Origin: Mobula hypostoma
Taxonomy: Eukaryota
Assembly: GCF_963921235.1 (NCBI RefSeq)
Contig: NC_086097.1
Span: 204,788,001-204,852,000 of the forward strand
Length of the DNA stretch: 64,000 nucleotides
Reading direction: 5' to 3'
A program made the position numbers and the translations under genes. The notes under the pieces were generated by a model that was given only the letters and a program-made list of their open reading frames with translations, did not search any database and was not told where the DNA came from. Shown piece by piece: positions 21,109-33,130 of this stretch (the first letter of the stretch is position 1; each line of letters opens with the position of its first letter).

Positions 21109-24100
21109 CTGATTAAGTGGTTGGGGTTGAAGGTGAAGTAGGGAGGGTTGAGAATTGAAGGGAGTTCTGCAAACAAGATCAGGATTGTGGTATGGGATGC
21201 ATGTGATGCTGAATTAAGTGGCTGGGGCAAAGGAAGGTTTGGAAATTGGGGCATCCATCTTTCTGAATGCCCCATGAGTGGAATGGACATAGGGCTTCTG
21301 AAGATTGGAGCTTGAGGGAGTAATTGGTGGGTCAGCAGAATGGTAACATGTATGAGGCAGAGATGATGCATAGGATTAAATGTGTGATAGTTACAAGATT
21401 CACAAACAGTCTTGGATATCTAGGGCTTCACAACTTAAGTGGAAATCATATAGGGCATACAAGGATAAATTGCACTTGGAAAATTCTCTTTCATAGCTGC
21501 TAAGACTGTCGTGTTTTCACCCTATCGCTATACTGTTCATAGAGTCTAGTGGTGGAGTGCAGTTATGCACACAAGACTATTGGAAAAAAACAACACATTT
21601 TGATCTAGAAATTCAATTGTACAAAACTAGAAAATAACTCAAAATCAGCCATTTCCAAATTGTATGTATTATCCTGAAAGTTCAACTGGCATCCAGGTAG
21701 ATGTCCATTGTGAACGCACGGATATCACCAGCACCCTCTGTCCCTGGACACAGACCCAATCACCACACCTTTCCCATACCTCAGCCCTAATTTGACTCCA
21801 AATTTCTGCTAGAAAATCTGCAGTTCCATGGAGAGGTTGATAAATTCCATACAAGCGGTTTCCTGAAATTCCGCACACAAGATAGCTTCTAGTATCTCAA
21901 TTGCACTGTGGTGATGAATGCTATGAGATGTGGTGAGGATTTTCAGACTTGCGCATTCTTACCAGCAGAATCTGCTTGCAGAGCCAGCGCCAAGTTAGAC
22001 CGTGTGTAGCCCAGCAACATCAATAGAGAGGAAGAAATCTTGCAATTTCCTCACTTGCTTCCTTTAACATTCTGAGAAAGATACCATCAAACAATGGGTC
22101 TTTATCCACCCTGATATATTCCAGTATGTCCAGAATTTCCTCATTCCTGATACTCCAGAATGTCAGTGTAGCTTTCTCTTAACTCTGTGGTGCTCTTGCT
22201 AATAGCCAAGCCAAACTATTAATTTAGGTTCTTGCTCATAGCTTTTGGATGCACACATAAATTACAACTCTGGTCTTTGAAGGAATTGATTATTTCCTCC
22301 AGTACTGTTTTCATTCTAATATACTCATCACAAGCTTTGGGATTTTCCATATTTTCATATTTGCCACTCCAATTTTTTGTCCCTTTTTGCCCTTCTAATT
22401 TCATTCTTAAGTTTTATCCCCTTTCAGCTTCAAGTTTTGAGTTGAAAACTTCTCATCAGAACTTGAATAATTTTTATTTTACACTTAAAATTGTGGTTTG
22501 TACTACCAAATCGGTAGTTGTAAAATTTATATCCTTGTGCAAGATATCAAAATTTGAATTTGATGTGTGCATTTTAGTTTATTGTGGTAAAGTGTGGTAC
22601 TGTTGGTAAATGTGGATTGGAATGGTAGTTACCATTAATGCTTTCAATAGTTTTAGATTAAGTTTCCATAAGTGTTTTTTTTGCACTTGTTCAGTCAATG
22701 TCCTCCATTTGAGTTGATCAGCATAATAGAGGAGACTCTATGCTATGATGTGTCCTTGAAATGATACAAGCTGAATACACATTATCATTTATGAACATTA
22801 TTCCATGATAAATCTTTCTGTGCAGAGAAGGACACAGATCTCCATTCGATCTATTTCAGCAAATTATAGAAATTAATTTATTTGAATTAGCTGATACTTG
22901 ATTCAAAATAAATCAGTAAATCAATCTTTTTTCCCTAAGCACACAATAATAATTCTTCTTCTGGCCATAATATGTTACTTAGTATTCTCGGATCTTGGAA
23001 TCTGATCTTTGTGTCATTTCAAGAATAGTGCTGCTTTTAATGGTCTTCCTAGGTTAATTAAGAATGAGTAGGCTGCTGTGGTCTGAAATAAAAAGTGCTT
23101 ATATCAAGGGCAGAGTAGTGGATGAGGAAGCCTTTGAAGTCTGCCTTCAGTCTCTATGCTATTGATAAATTAATTTCTCTTTTTGGTACTCAGACGGATA
23201 GAGCCTTTGCAGTACAGAAGAACCATGCATGTCATGGCTGTGGGCAAGTTGCTAAGACTTCTGTCCACCATTTTAGGTTATGGGTTGGATCTTCAGGTGG
23301 TTATAAAGTTATTCACTTCCTATTGAGATGTGATGCAGCTTCCAATCCAAGAACACATTCAGTTTGTGACTAATTAGCTCCTCGGTCTGCTTGTCACTCT
23401 CATGCTCGGGTTCCTTTTTGGATGGAGAGTCCAAGGGTCTTGCCAATTATGGAGGACTTCAGAGCAGCCCATATGCTACTGGCATTAGTTGCTATTGGCT
23501 AGGACTTGGCTGCAGTCTGAGAAGCGCTACATTTGCAGGGTCATCGAGAGCTTTAACACTGACTTCTTGTGGCAACATTTTCATTGAGTACTACATTTCA
23601 GTCTGCTATATTAAATCTCACTAGATATCCTCTCGCAGTTTATAGTGTTAATAACTGCTTTGAAATTCATTTCATGGTAATTATTCCACATGGTTGGAGG
23701 GAAGAAATGGCAAACCATAGACTGAAAACAAAGTATTTAATACAGATATGCTGTTCTTGATTCCATTTTATAGAGTAAAATGTCAAATATTCTATCCTTT
23801 TCAATATATTGATATAGTATGGCTTAGTTATTACCTTATGATTAAAATTAACAATTTTTTGTTTTTCATGTTGAGACTAAGAATGAATATTAATCACGTT
23901 AACAAGATTTATATGTTACAAGCCTGACTAGAATTTTAGCATTCGTTGTATGCACTCTATGTTGGATGCCTTGCCCTAAGCTAGCTTCGTACCCTTACAG
24001 CACAAGTGATTGTTATTCATCGTATGAAGGAATTTATTTTTTTAATACATACAAATTTTTTGATTCATTCTTTACACCCCTGTAGGTAAAAATAAATAGC

Positions 24101-24829
24101 TTTTGCATATGCTTTTAATGCACTATGAAGTGCTGAAAGATATTTCAGAATTCAGGAAAAGATCATATTTATCTACCACAGTCCTTCACCCTGGAAAATT
24201 ATTTTACGTTTCATAGAAGGGTCATCTCAATTTAAGTAAATGTTGAGTTGAGAATTCAAACACATGAATCAGAATGGAGACAAGAAAGAATTATTCCATC
24301 AAAAAAGCATCTGTTGTTTAAATTTCATTGGGTTAAATGGACTTCTGGTGTAATTATTTTCACTGAACTAGCCTAATTGTAACTGAAACTATTTAACATT
24401 TTTAAAATTGCTCCCTGATACGTGAACCTGTATTGACTGCATACATTTACCAGTTAGGTTTCTTTTACGCTATCTTAATTACAATACTGACAAACCAAAC
24501 TACAAAAAAAAATGAGTTCAAACTATGTGTCATACTTCACTGACAATGCTGTCAGCTGAGCTGCCCTATTAGAAGCCACCATAAAACATAAAAGCAGCAG
24601 GAACAAGTCCGACTGAGTCTGGCAAGAACTAGTTACAATATATAAAATAAAAATTCCAGAAAGCACATTGGGATTTCAACATAAGTATAAGCTTTAAAAG
24701 GTAGTTAACTATTCACTGAATATCAGACCATAATCCTATTAGTTTTTGTGAAAGCTTGTTATACAATACAGAATACAATACTTCTTTTGGATCGGGAGCT
24801 GAGCTCTGAAGGAAGGCAATTTTTTAAAA

Positions 24830-27555
24830 AACTTCTTCGAGTGCAAGAAGGACGAGACTGCGCAGGTGCGTGATGTAACAGGACAGCGAGGAAGGTTTAA
24901 AAAGGAGACCACCTTATACAGCGGGCATCTGTTGGAGCAGGCAGCGGAGTGAGTGGTAGCAGAGTGTAGGGCTTTGGCTTCAACGGGCTTCGGCAGTAAA
25001 CGGGAAGAGGCGAGAGCGAAGCACCAACCCTTTTTTTTTCTCTCCCCCCCCCCCCCACCTTTCGCGAATCGGCCCGGACAGACAGGAACAGCAGGGCTCA
25101 CACAGCTAATGGTATGAGCTAACGGTTTAAAAAGTTCGTCTGTTTGGCGAGGTAAGTGGGTGATTAGACTTATTTTTCCTGTTTCATTCCTGTAGAATTA
25201 GATGGCATGCCTGCAGGGTTAGTGCTTTGTTCAGGGTGTCAGATATGGGAATCCTGGGAGACCTCCAGCCTTCCTGATGGCCACATCTGTGCCAGGTGCA
25301 CCGAGATGCAACTCCTCAGAGACTGTGTTAGGGATCTGGAGCTGCAGCTTGATGACTTGCTGCTTATCAGGAAAAGTGAAGAGGTGATAGACAGGAGCTA
25401 CAGGGAGGTAGTCATCCCTAGGCTACAGGAGTCAGAACACTGGGTCACTGTCAAGAGAGGGAAGGGAAATGCCCGGATAGTGGAGAGCACACCTGTGGCT
25501 GTCCCCCTCAGCAACAAATATCTTGTTCTGGATGCTGTTGAGGGGAATGACCTGACAGGGGACGCCCACGGTGACCGGGTCGCTGGCACTGAGCCTGGCG
25601 CTGTTGTGCAGGAGGGAAAGAGGGAGAAGAGGAATGTGGTAGTCATAGGGGATTCCATAGTCAGGGGAATGGACAGGAGATTCTGTGAGCCTGATAGAGA
25701 TACCTGCATGGTGTGTTGCCTTCCAGGTGCCAGGGTACGGGATGTCTCGGATCGGGTCCAGAATATTCTGAAGGGGGAGGGCGAGCAGCCAGTTGTCTTC
25801 GTACATCTTGGTACCAATGACATAGATAGGACAAAGGAGGAGGACCTGAAGAGAGATTTCTGGAAGTTAGGAAGGAAGCTGAGAAGTAGGACCTCCAGGG
25901 TAGTAATCTCAGGATTGCTACCTGTGCCACATGCTAGCGAGGGCAAGAATAGTAGGGTCAGGTAGATGAATGCGTGGCTGAGAGACTGATGCAGGGGGCA
26001 GGGCTTCAGATTCTTAGATAATTGGGATCTCTTCTGGGGGAAGTATGACCTGTTCAAAATGGACAGGTTACACCTGAACCCGAAGGTGAACAATATCCTG
26101 GCGGGAAGGTTTAATAGAGCTGTTAGGGAGGGTTTAAACTAATTTGGCAGGGGGATGGGAACCGGAATGATAGAGCGGAGGAAGGGGAAAACAGAAATAA
26201 ATCTAGGATAGTGAGCAGTAAAGATGTCAGGAAAGACAGGCAGGTGATGGGGCAATTTTGTAGCCATTGGATGAGTTGCAGTGCAATCAAAGTGAAAAGT
26301 ACCAAAGACTGGTCTTATGGTGTTATATGCATGCAGCATAAGGAATAAGGTGGGTGTTGTATATTTGGATTTTCAGAAGGCCTTTGACAAGGTGCCACAC
26401 ATGAGGCTACTTAACAAGATAAGAGCCCATGGAATTACGGGAAAGTTACATACGTGGATACAGTGTTGACTGATTGGCAGGAAACAGAGTGGGAATAAAG
26501 GGATCCTATTCTGGTTGGCTGTCGGTTACCAGTGGTGTTCCACAGGGGTCCGTGTTGGGGCCGCTTCTTTTTATGTTGTACATCAACGATTTGGATTGTG
26601 GAATAGATGGCTTTGTGACTAAGTTTGCTGATGATACAAAGATAGGTGGAGGTGCCGGTAGTGCTGAGGAAACGGAGAGTCTGCAGAGAGACTTGGATAG
26701 ATTGGAAGAATGGGCAAAGAAGTGGCAAATGAAATACAGTGTTGGAAAATGTATGGTTATGCACTTTGGCAGAAAAAATAAATGGGCAGACGATTATTTA
26801 GATGGGGAAAGAATTCAAAGTTCTGAGATGTAACGGGACTTGGGAGTCCTCGTACAGGATACCCTTAAGGTTAACCTCCAGGTTGAGTCAGTGGTGAAGA
26901 AGGCGAATGCAATGTTGGCATTCATTTCTAGAGGAATAGAGTATAGGAGCAGGGATGTGATGTTGAGGCTCTATAAGGTGCTGGTGAGACCTCACTTGGA
27001 GTACTGTGGGCTGTTTTGGTCTCCTTATTTAAGAAAGGATGTGCTGATGTTGGAGAGGGTACAGAGAAGATTCACTAGAATGATTCCAGGAATAAGAGGG
27101 TTAACATATGAGGGACGTTTGTCCACTCTTGGACTGTATTCCTTGGAGTTTAGAAGAATGACGGGAGACCTCATAGAAACATTTCGAATGTTGAAAGGCA
27201 TGGACAGAGTGGATGTGGCAAAGTTGTTTCCCATGATGGGGGAGTCTAGTACGAGAGGGCATGACTTAAGGATTGAAGGGCATCCATTCAGAACAGAGAT
27301 GTGAAGAAATTGTTTTAGCCAGAGGGTGGTGAATCTATGGAATTTGTTGCCACGGGCAGCAGTGGAGGCCAAGTTATTGGGTGTATTTAAGGCAGAGATT
27401 GATAGGTATGTGAGTCGCCAGGGCATCAAAGGTTATGGTGAGAAGACGGGGGAGTGGGACTAAATGGGAGAATGGATCAGCTCAGGATAAAATGGCGGAG
27501 CAGACTCGATGGGCCGAATGGCCGACTTCTGCTCCTTTGTCTTATGGTCTTATAG
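24830..27555 (+). mobile_element. CR1 LINE retaining 5' UTR and ORF1, with a large internal ORF2 deletion
   Basis: GC-rich 5' UTR, then ORF1. The ORF2 start (ACSIRNKV) is fused near 26353 to RT (VVYLDFQKAFDKVPH), followed by [17 protein letters not shown] and a 3' tail tcttatggtcttat. Confidence 0.92.
25207..26143 (+). pseudogene. CR1 ORF1: N-terminal CxxC...CxxC zinc-finger/leucine-zipper plus SGNH/GDSL esterase-like domain, with premature stops
   Basis: Motifs CSGC, CARC, LELQLDDL, VIGDSIVRG, CLPGARVRDV, VHLGTND. Stop at 25963-25965; the same frame continues with DRLHLN to about 26143. Confidence 0.85.
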
Positions 27556-28699
27556 AAACAGACACTGAGTCCACATCAAATAAGAAATGCCCATTTATTT
27601 TATTTTATTTTATTTTGAGACATCAAGTCCTTCCAGTCCAACAAGAATGTGCTGCCCAATTACACCTATATGATCAATTAACCTACTGACCCATTCATTT
27701 TTATTTATATAAATATGCATGTACTTACACACAGATAACATCAATCCCATTTTATTCTCTCCATATTCCCCTCAACTTCTCTCAAATACCTCCACTCATC
27801 TAGCAAAGTACAGTAGTCTATTAATCTATCAACTTGTCCGAGCAAAGCAGTGAAACTGGATAAAGCATACAGTCATAGAGAGAATATATAAACTGCAATT
27901 TAAACCTATGTTGTTTAAGCTCTAAGATAGCAGTTCTACTAGTGGTTTAGTTAGTAAAACTTCTACCTATGGTATTTTTTCCATTCAGTTTTGAAGCAAT
28001 TCACTGCACATGGTACTTTTGAGGAGCTATCATGGTCCCAAATTAGACAGCCCTGCAGCCAATTTGCACACAGCAAACTCCATAACATAAATGTGATTTA
28101 TGACTGGATAATTAATTTTGGACTAAGGGACAAATTGGCTAATTCATCAGGAATAAGTCTAATTGAACATGGCAGATAGTGTCCTCTTACTCATACGAGG
28201 ACATACTATGAGTAAGCTAACAGTTTGTTCTCTTATTCATAGTATAGAGAAGCTGCCGGCCTTCTATACTTCGAGTAAAAGATTGAAATGATAACCCCGC
28301 AGCTTCATTGGAATCACTCTGCAGCATAGAGTTATATAACATATAGTATATACTTTATTTGTGTCTGCTAGCATTCTCATCTTTGGATTAGAAGTCTCCA
28401 ATTCCAAGTAAATGTTAGAATTTTGGCTAATGCTGTAGTGTACCACAGAGAGCTAACACATGAAATTTCGATTTGGAATTCTCTTCTGGGAGGATACAAG
28501 GTGTTTTTTGAAGTAGATTTATTCATGGTAACTGGCTAGTATGTTCTCATTTAGGTGGATCCTTGAGATCAGGGCTGATCTGTTTCCAATAGATGAACAG
28601 ATGAGGTAGGTGGGTTGGTCATTTATGAGGTGGTGTGTGCACTTTCTACCACATCTGCAGAGGTCCTAATGGAAGGCCTTGAGGTTTAAAGCAATATCC

Positions 28700-29250
28700 T
28701 GAATATTCCTTCTTTACCTTGATCAGTCATGGTCCAGTATTTTCAAAAATAAGCAGTGATACTGCATTTCTTAAAAGACATTTTTGACCTTTTTGGATCT
28801 TTGGATCTTGGGAACTTTGGATCTTTTTCCCTGTCCACCTAATAATCTCTTCCCATAAGAGTATTTGGGAATCTTGAGTTTTGGACTTCTGAATGGCACA
28901 GTCCGCCAAAGTTGCTCACTTTGTAAGTAGCTGACTGTATGAAAGACAGTGTAGATTATGTTGCTACAGGAGAGGACCCTGACATGGGTTGACATGTCCA
29001 TCCAATGAATTTGAAGAGTTTTGCTGTGATAGTTTTGGTGGTATCTTTTCAGAGCCTTGAGGTGCCTGCCTGCTCCAGCTAAAGCATGTAGGGGGGCAGT
29101 GGTCACTGCTACCAGGTAGATCATAGGGTTTATGTAAGGTGTGAGGTTGAAATACCCATTTTGTCCATTGAACAAATTTCATGCCAGTGCATTAAAGATG
29201 ATGATGAATTGTTTCAATGCTCCTTAATTGAGAAGTTGTTTTGAAGATGT
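28700..29250 (-). mobile_element. Old RTE-clade LINE C-terminal fragment
   Basis: ORF 28771-29175 (RHLKALKRYHQ...LQIHWMD...GKRLLGGQGKRSK) resembles the RTE C-terminal pattern. Confidence 0.6.
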
Positions 29251-30069
29251 GGGAAGGAGGAGAATGTACTGCTGTTTATGCTCCTTAAATGAATAATCCT
29301 GAATATTGGCTTTAGTTCAATATATCAACCAACAATTCTATATACCATGTTTGATATTGTCAATACTTAGCTTAAAGTTTTCCCAACATATTTCCACAGT
29401 AAATCACACCCGATGAATACACAGGACGTGCTGTCATATTTTGGCTCAAACATTTTGATTCAAAGCTGCTTGGAAATTCTGAATGCAAGTGTGGGGTTAA
29501 ACAAAAGCACTTTGGAAATAGAAGTGGAAAGTGAGTTTGACTATTGTGAAAGCATCAGCTATAAACAGTTTCAGACGCTGAACAAAATTTTAGTGTTAAA
29601 GACGCTGAGAATCACATGGAAATTAAGCAAAATAAAATTTGTAATATACAAACGTTTCAGAGTTTAGTGCTATAATAGGACATATTTAAATAATTCACAT
29701 ATGGAGTTATAAAAGTCAAATTGGTTGTGGAAGCTGATGGTTGCCAACTTCAGCGTTGACTACCGTGATGATAATGTGGTCCAGAAGTTATTTTTCCCCA
29801 TAATTGAGGGCTATAGTCATATTAAAGTGTAGTGTTACCTTACACAATGGTGTAGCTAATCTTTAAGAGAAGTTGGTCAAAAATATACTGCTATATTGTT
29901 TGGGAAAAAGACTGTAGTGTGAGGGAGGAAAAGAGTTACCATAGCACTTTGACTACTAACCAAATTTCTGTTTAAAGGCCAGTGAGCTGGAAAATTAAGT
30001 TATTTCTCATTAGCTACAGTGCAATCATCTGAAGGCTTTCTGTATTTCCATTTCAGATTTCTGTATTTA

Positions 30070-31623
30070 CAGGTTTCCTCCGCCATTCGAAGGTAGAGCA
30101 TTCCAATGAAACGGATTGTAGGCCGAAATGTCCTAAAGAAGCAATTACCATTTATGAATATGGGAAAATTTTTTGAGCGTTTCCAGACCCAAAAAATAAC
30201 CTACCAAATCATGCCAAATAACACACAAAACCTAAAATAACAGTAACATATAGTAAAAGCAGGAATGATATGATAAATACACAGCCTATATGAAGTAGAA
30301 ATACTTTTTGCAATCATCCAAGCGCAGTCCAGTGCAGTGAAAATCTCACACATGCGCTCTCGGCAGAAGCACTCGGCGGAAGCACTGTCGGCACAAACAC
30401 TCTTTCCAGTAACCTTTGAGCTATGAGACTGCCAAATCATACCAAATAACAAATCATACTAAATAACACAAAAACGCACAACCTATATAAAGTAGAAACA
30501 ATGTATGTACAGTGTAGTTTCACTTACGGGAATCAGGATGGTGTGTTAGGCTGAGTTTTCAGAAGTTGGGGTGGCGGGAAGTGTTTTCTTATCAACGTCT
30601 TTAAGTGCCCTTGGATTTTCTGAATGGTACACTAGTAGAGGCTTAAGGACAGCATCACCAGTGGCGTTAATAATAGGCATTAGGGTAAACCTGTCCTTCG
30701 ATGTCACGTGTCCCTTAGCCTGCTTTTCTACTTTCGAAATAAATGTCTTACTCGACAATTTTTTCCAATAAGTTTCAGTTTCATCACAGTTAAACACTTG
30801 CTTATATGAATAACCACCTTCTCTAATTATTTTCTTCAGATCTTCTGGGAACTTTTTGGCAGCTTCAGTGTCAGCCGAAGCACTCTCTCCGGTAAACGTT
30901 AAACTATGAAGCTGCCCTCACCTCAGAAACCGATCAAACCACCCATGACCACCTTTAAATTCCACTTTCACAACACTTTCATCACCATCGGCCAGTGCTT
31001 TCTGTTTCAGCTTATTAAAAAGACTGACTGATTTCTCCCTAAGTATAAGATAACTTCAAGGAACACCATGTTTTGTACACCCATCAATCCACTGAAGCAA
31101 TAGGCATCCATTACTGGATGCCGACTAAGAGAGACCACTTTGCTACGAGCAGAACCAACAGTAACATCGGCAGCTTTCAATATTTTTTCTGTCTGCGTAT
31201 AAATAGTGCAAATGGTGGATGCAGGCAAGTTCAACGCGTGGACAATGTCCTTACTTCATTCACCACGATCGAAACGCTTAATTGTGTCTAGTTTTACGCT
31301 AAGTGTAACACCCTTACGAGCTCTTTTAGGCTTTTCCGATACCTTCAAACTCATCTTGCTAATGAATGCACAAAATAAATCGAGATAAAGCACGTGTTTA
31401 AGCAATGGCGGCTAGAATGCAGTTCCAGGGGAGGAGCTTGGCTGCTCGGGGCGCGCGCTGCTTTTTTTTCGCACGTCGTCATTTTTTTGCACGCTGCCAT
31501 TTTTCGCGTGCTGCTTTTTTCGTAACAGTGAAAACACCTGTTAACGAAAACAGGGTACTAATGTAGGTCTTTCGTAACTGGGAGATTTCGTAAAGCGAAC
31601 GTTCGAAAAGCGGGGGACACCTG
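30070..31623 (-). mobile_element. Tigger/pogo DNA transposon, internally deleted copy
   Basis: TA TSDs at 30068-30069 and 31624-31625. Same TIRs and subterminal sequence as 11051-12548, in the opposite orientation. Confidence 0.92.
30575..31354 (-). pseudogene. pogo/Tigger transposase N-terminal half (CENP-B-type HTH domains plus start of DDE domain)
   Basis: MSLKVSEKPKRARKGVTLS..., NLPASTICTI, FKGGHGWFDRF, VFNCDETETYWKK, KDRFTLM, KPLLVYHSENPRALK. Contains stops and a frameshift, and is truncated. Confidence 0.88.
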
Positions 31624-32699
31624 TATTTGATTCTTTTCGAAAAAAAATTGTGAAACTTTTATTGTTTTCATTGATAAAGGTCTCACATACGTAACCCCGC
31701 CTGAATGTGCACTGACAGTGTAGAGAAGATCGCAGGTGACTGCAGTACTGAAAACTGACAGAAATAATTATACATTATTGCTAAAGAAATACTTTTTTCT
31801 GTAGCTGATGCAAACAGTTATTAGTTTTTAAAAGCCGTCAGCTGTCTTTTAAGCTTTTGCCAAAAGCACTTAATCTTCTCAATTTGACAATGGCTGAGGA
31901 AAATATATGATTGTTACCATGGTAATTTGATCACATTATTGGGTAAGAATACAGTTAATTTATAAGTTCATTCAACATGTTCCCTATTTTTATTTTGTTA
32001 ATTCCTGCAATACAATTCTGAAATATTGTGTTGGCTACATGATGTTTTGTGATGTCCTGAAAGGGATACAGAAGATGTTATATAAATGCAAGTGTTTCCT
32101 TAAACCGTTAGGACAATCAACAGATAGAAAAGGATTCATTTGTTATATATTAGCTTGTTTTATGTTTTACTTGCAACTTCACGATTTGTGCAGTAATTCC
32201 TCGTATTCATCTTTTCAGGAATTATAGTAAGTGTTGCAAATATTTATAAGGAACATATTTAGTAATGTTTTAATAATGTAGAATTATGTATCTTATTCAC
32301 TAACCATTTGATTAGCTCCATTGGTTGATTTTCATTGAGTAGACTTTATTGTCCAGGTTATTTTAATAAAACTTCTAATTGCCCATACATTAATTTTTGT
32401 TAGATTTGAATTAATACATCTTTTCTACTAATCAAATTTTCCTTCTCCCCAAATACAAGTTTTTTTTCTCTTAAATTGAAATATCTTTAGAAAATTTACA
32501 TCTTCAGATATCTTTTGAAATTACCAATTAACTGTTTGACAAGGAGTGACTTAAAAAAAAACCCTAAATAAAACAATGCAAGAAACAATCAGCAGACCTG
32601 CTGTCAAATTTTGAATCAAAACAAAATAATGAATTCACACCTAAAATATATTTTTTTAATCATCTCTATAGACAGGGTAAGGAATGGAGTGTTTCTGGC

Positions 32700-33120
32700 A
32701 ATTTTAGATTCACAAAATCACATAGTAGTTACAGCGTAGAAAGAGGCCATTCAGCCCATATTGTCAATTTTGGCTCAATGTGAGGGTAATCTAACTAGTC
32801 ACAGTCACCTACCTCTCCTCGTAGTTCCATAAATTCTTTCTATTCAGATAACTAATTCGTTCCCTACTGAAGTGTACCAATAAATCTGCTTCCACTGCCA
32901 TCACTGTCATGCATTCCAGATCCTGCCACTTGGTAAAATTTATTTTCTCTGCATTAGTTTTTGTTTCTTTGCCAATAAATTTCATTCTGTGTTCCTAAGT
33001 TTTTTGATCCCTATACAAACTGGAGTTGTTTGTTTCTTTCTACCTGTTGTTGCCATTCATGATGTGTTTTTTAAAAAACTCATTTGTCCTGCACGGAAAA
33101 TCCTCTGTTCTAAGAAGAAT
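32700..33120 (-). mobile_element. Old CR1 3' fragment
   Basis: agaaagaggccattcagccc 3' UTR signature and gcattccagatcc. Confidence 0.55.
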
Positions 33121-33130
33121 AACATCACCT

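Noticed and set aside
23122..23760. Cluster of short plus-strand ORFs in unique DNA
   Set aside because: No recognisable motifs and no consistent frame or splice structure.
25150..25196. Intron in the CR1 5' UTR (aggtaagt ... ttcctgtag)
   Set aside because: The donor and acceptor are only ~45 nt apart, too short for a typical vertebrate intron, and there is no other support.
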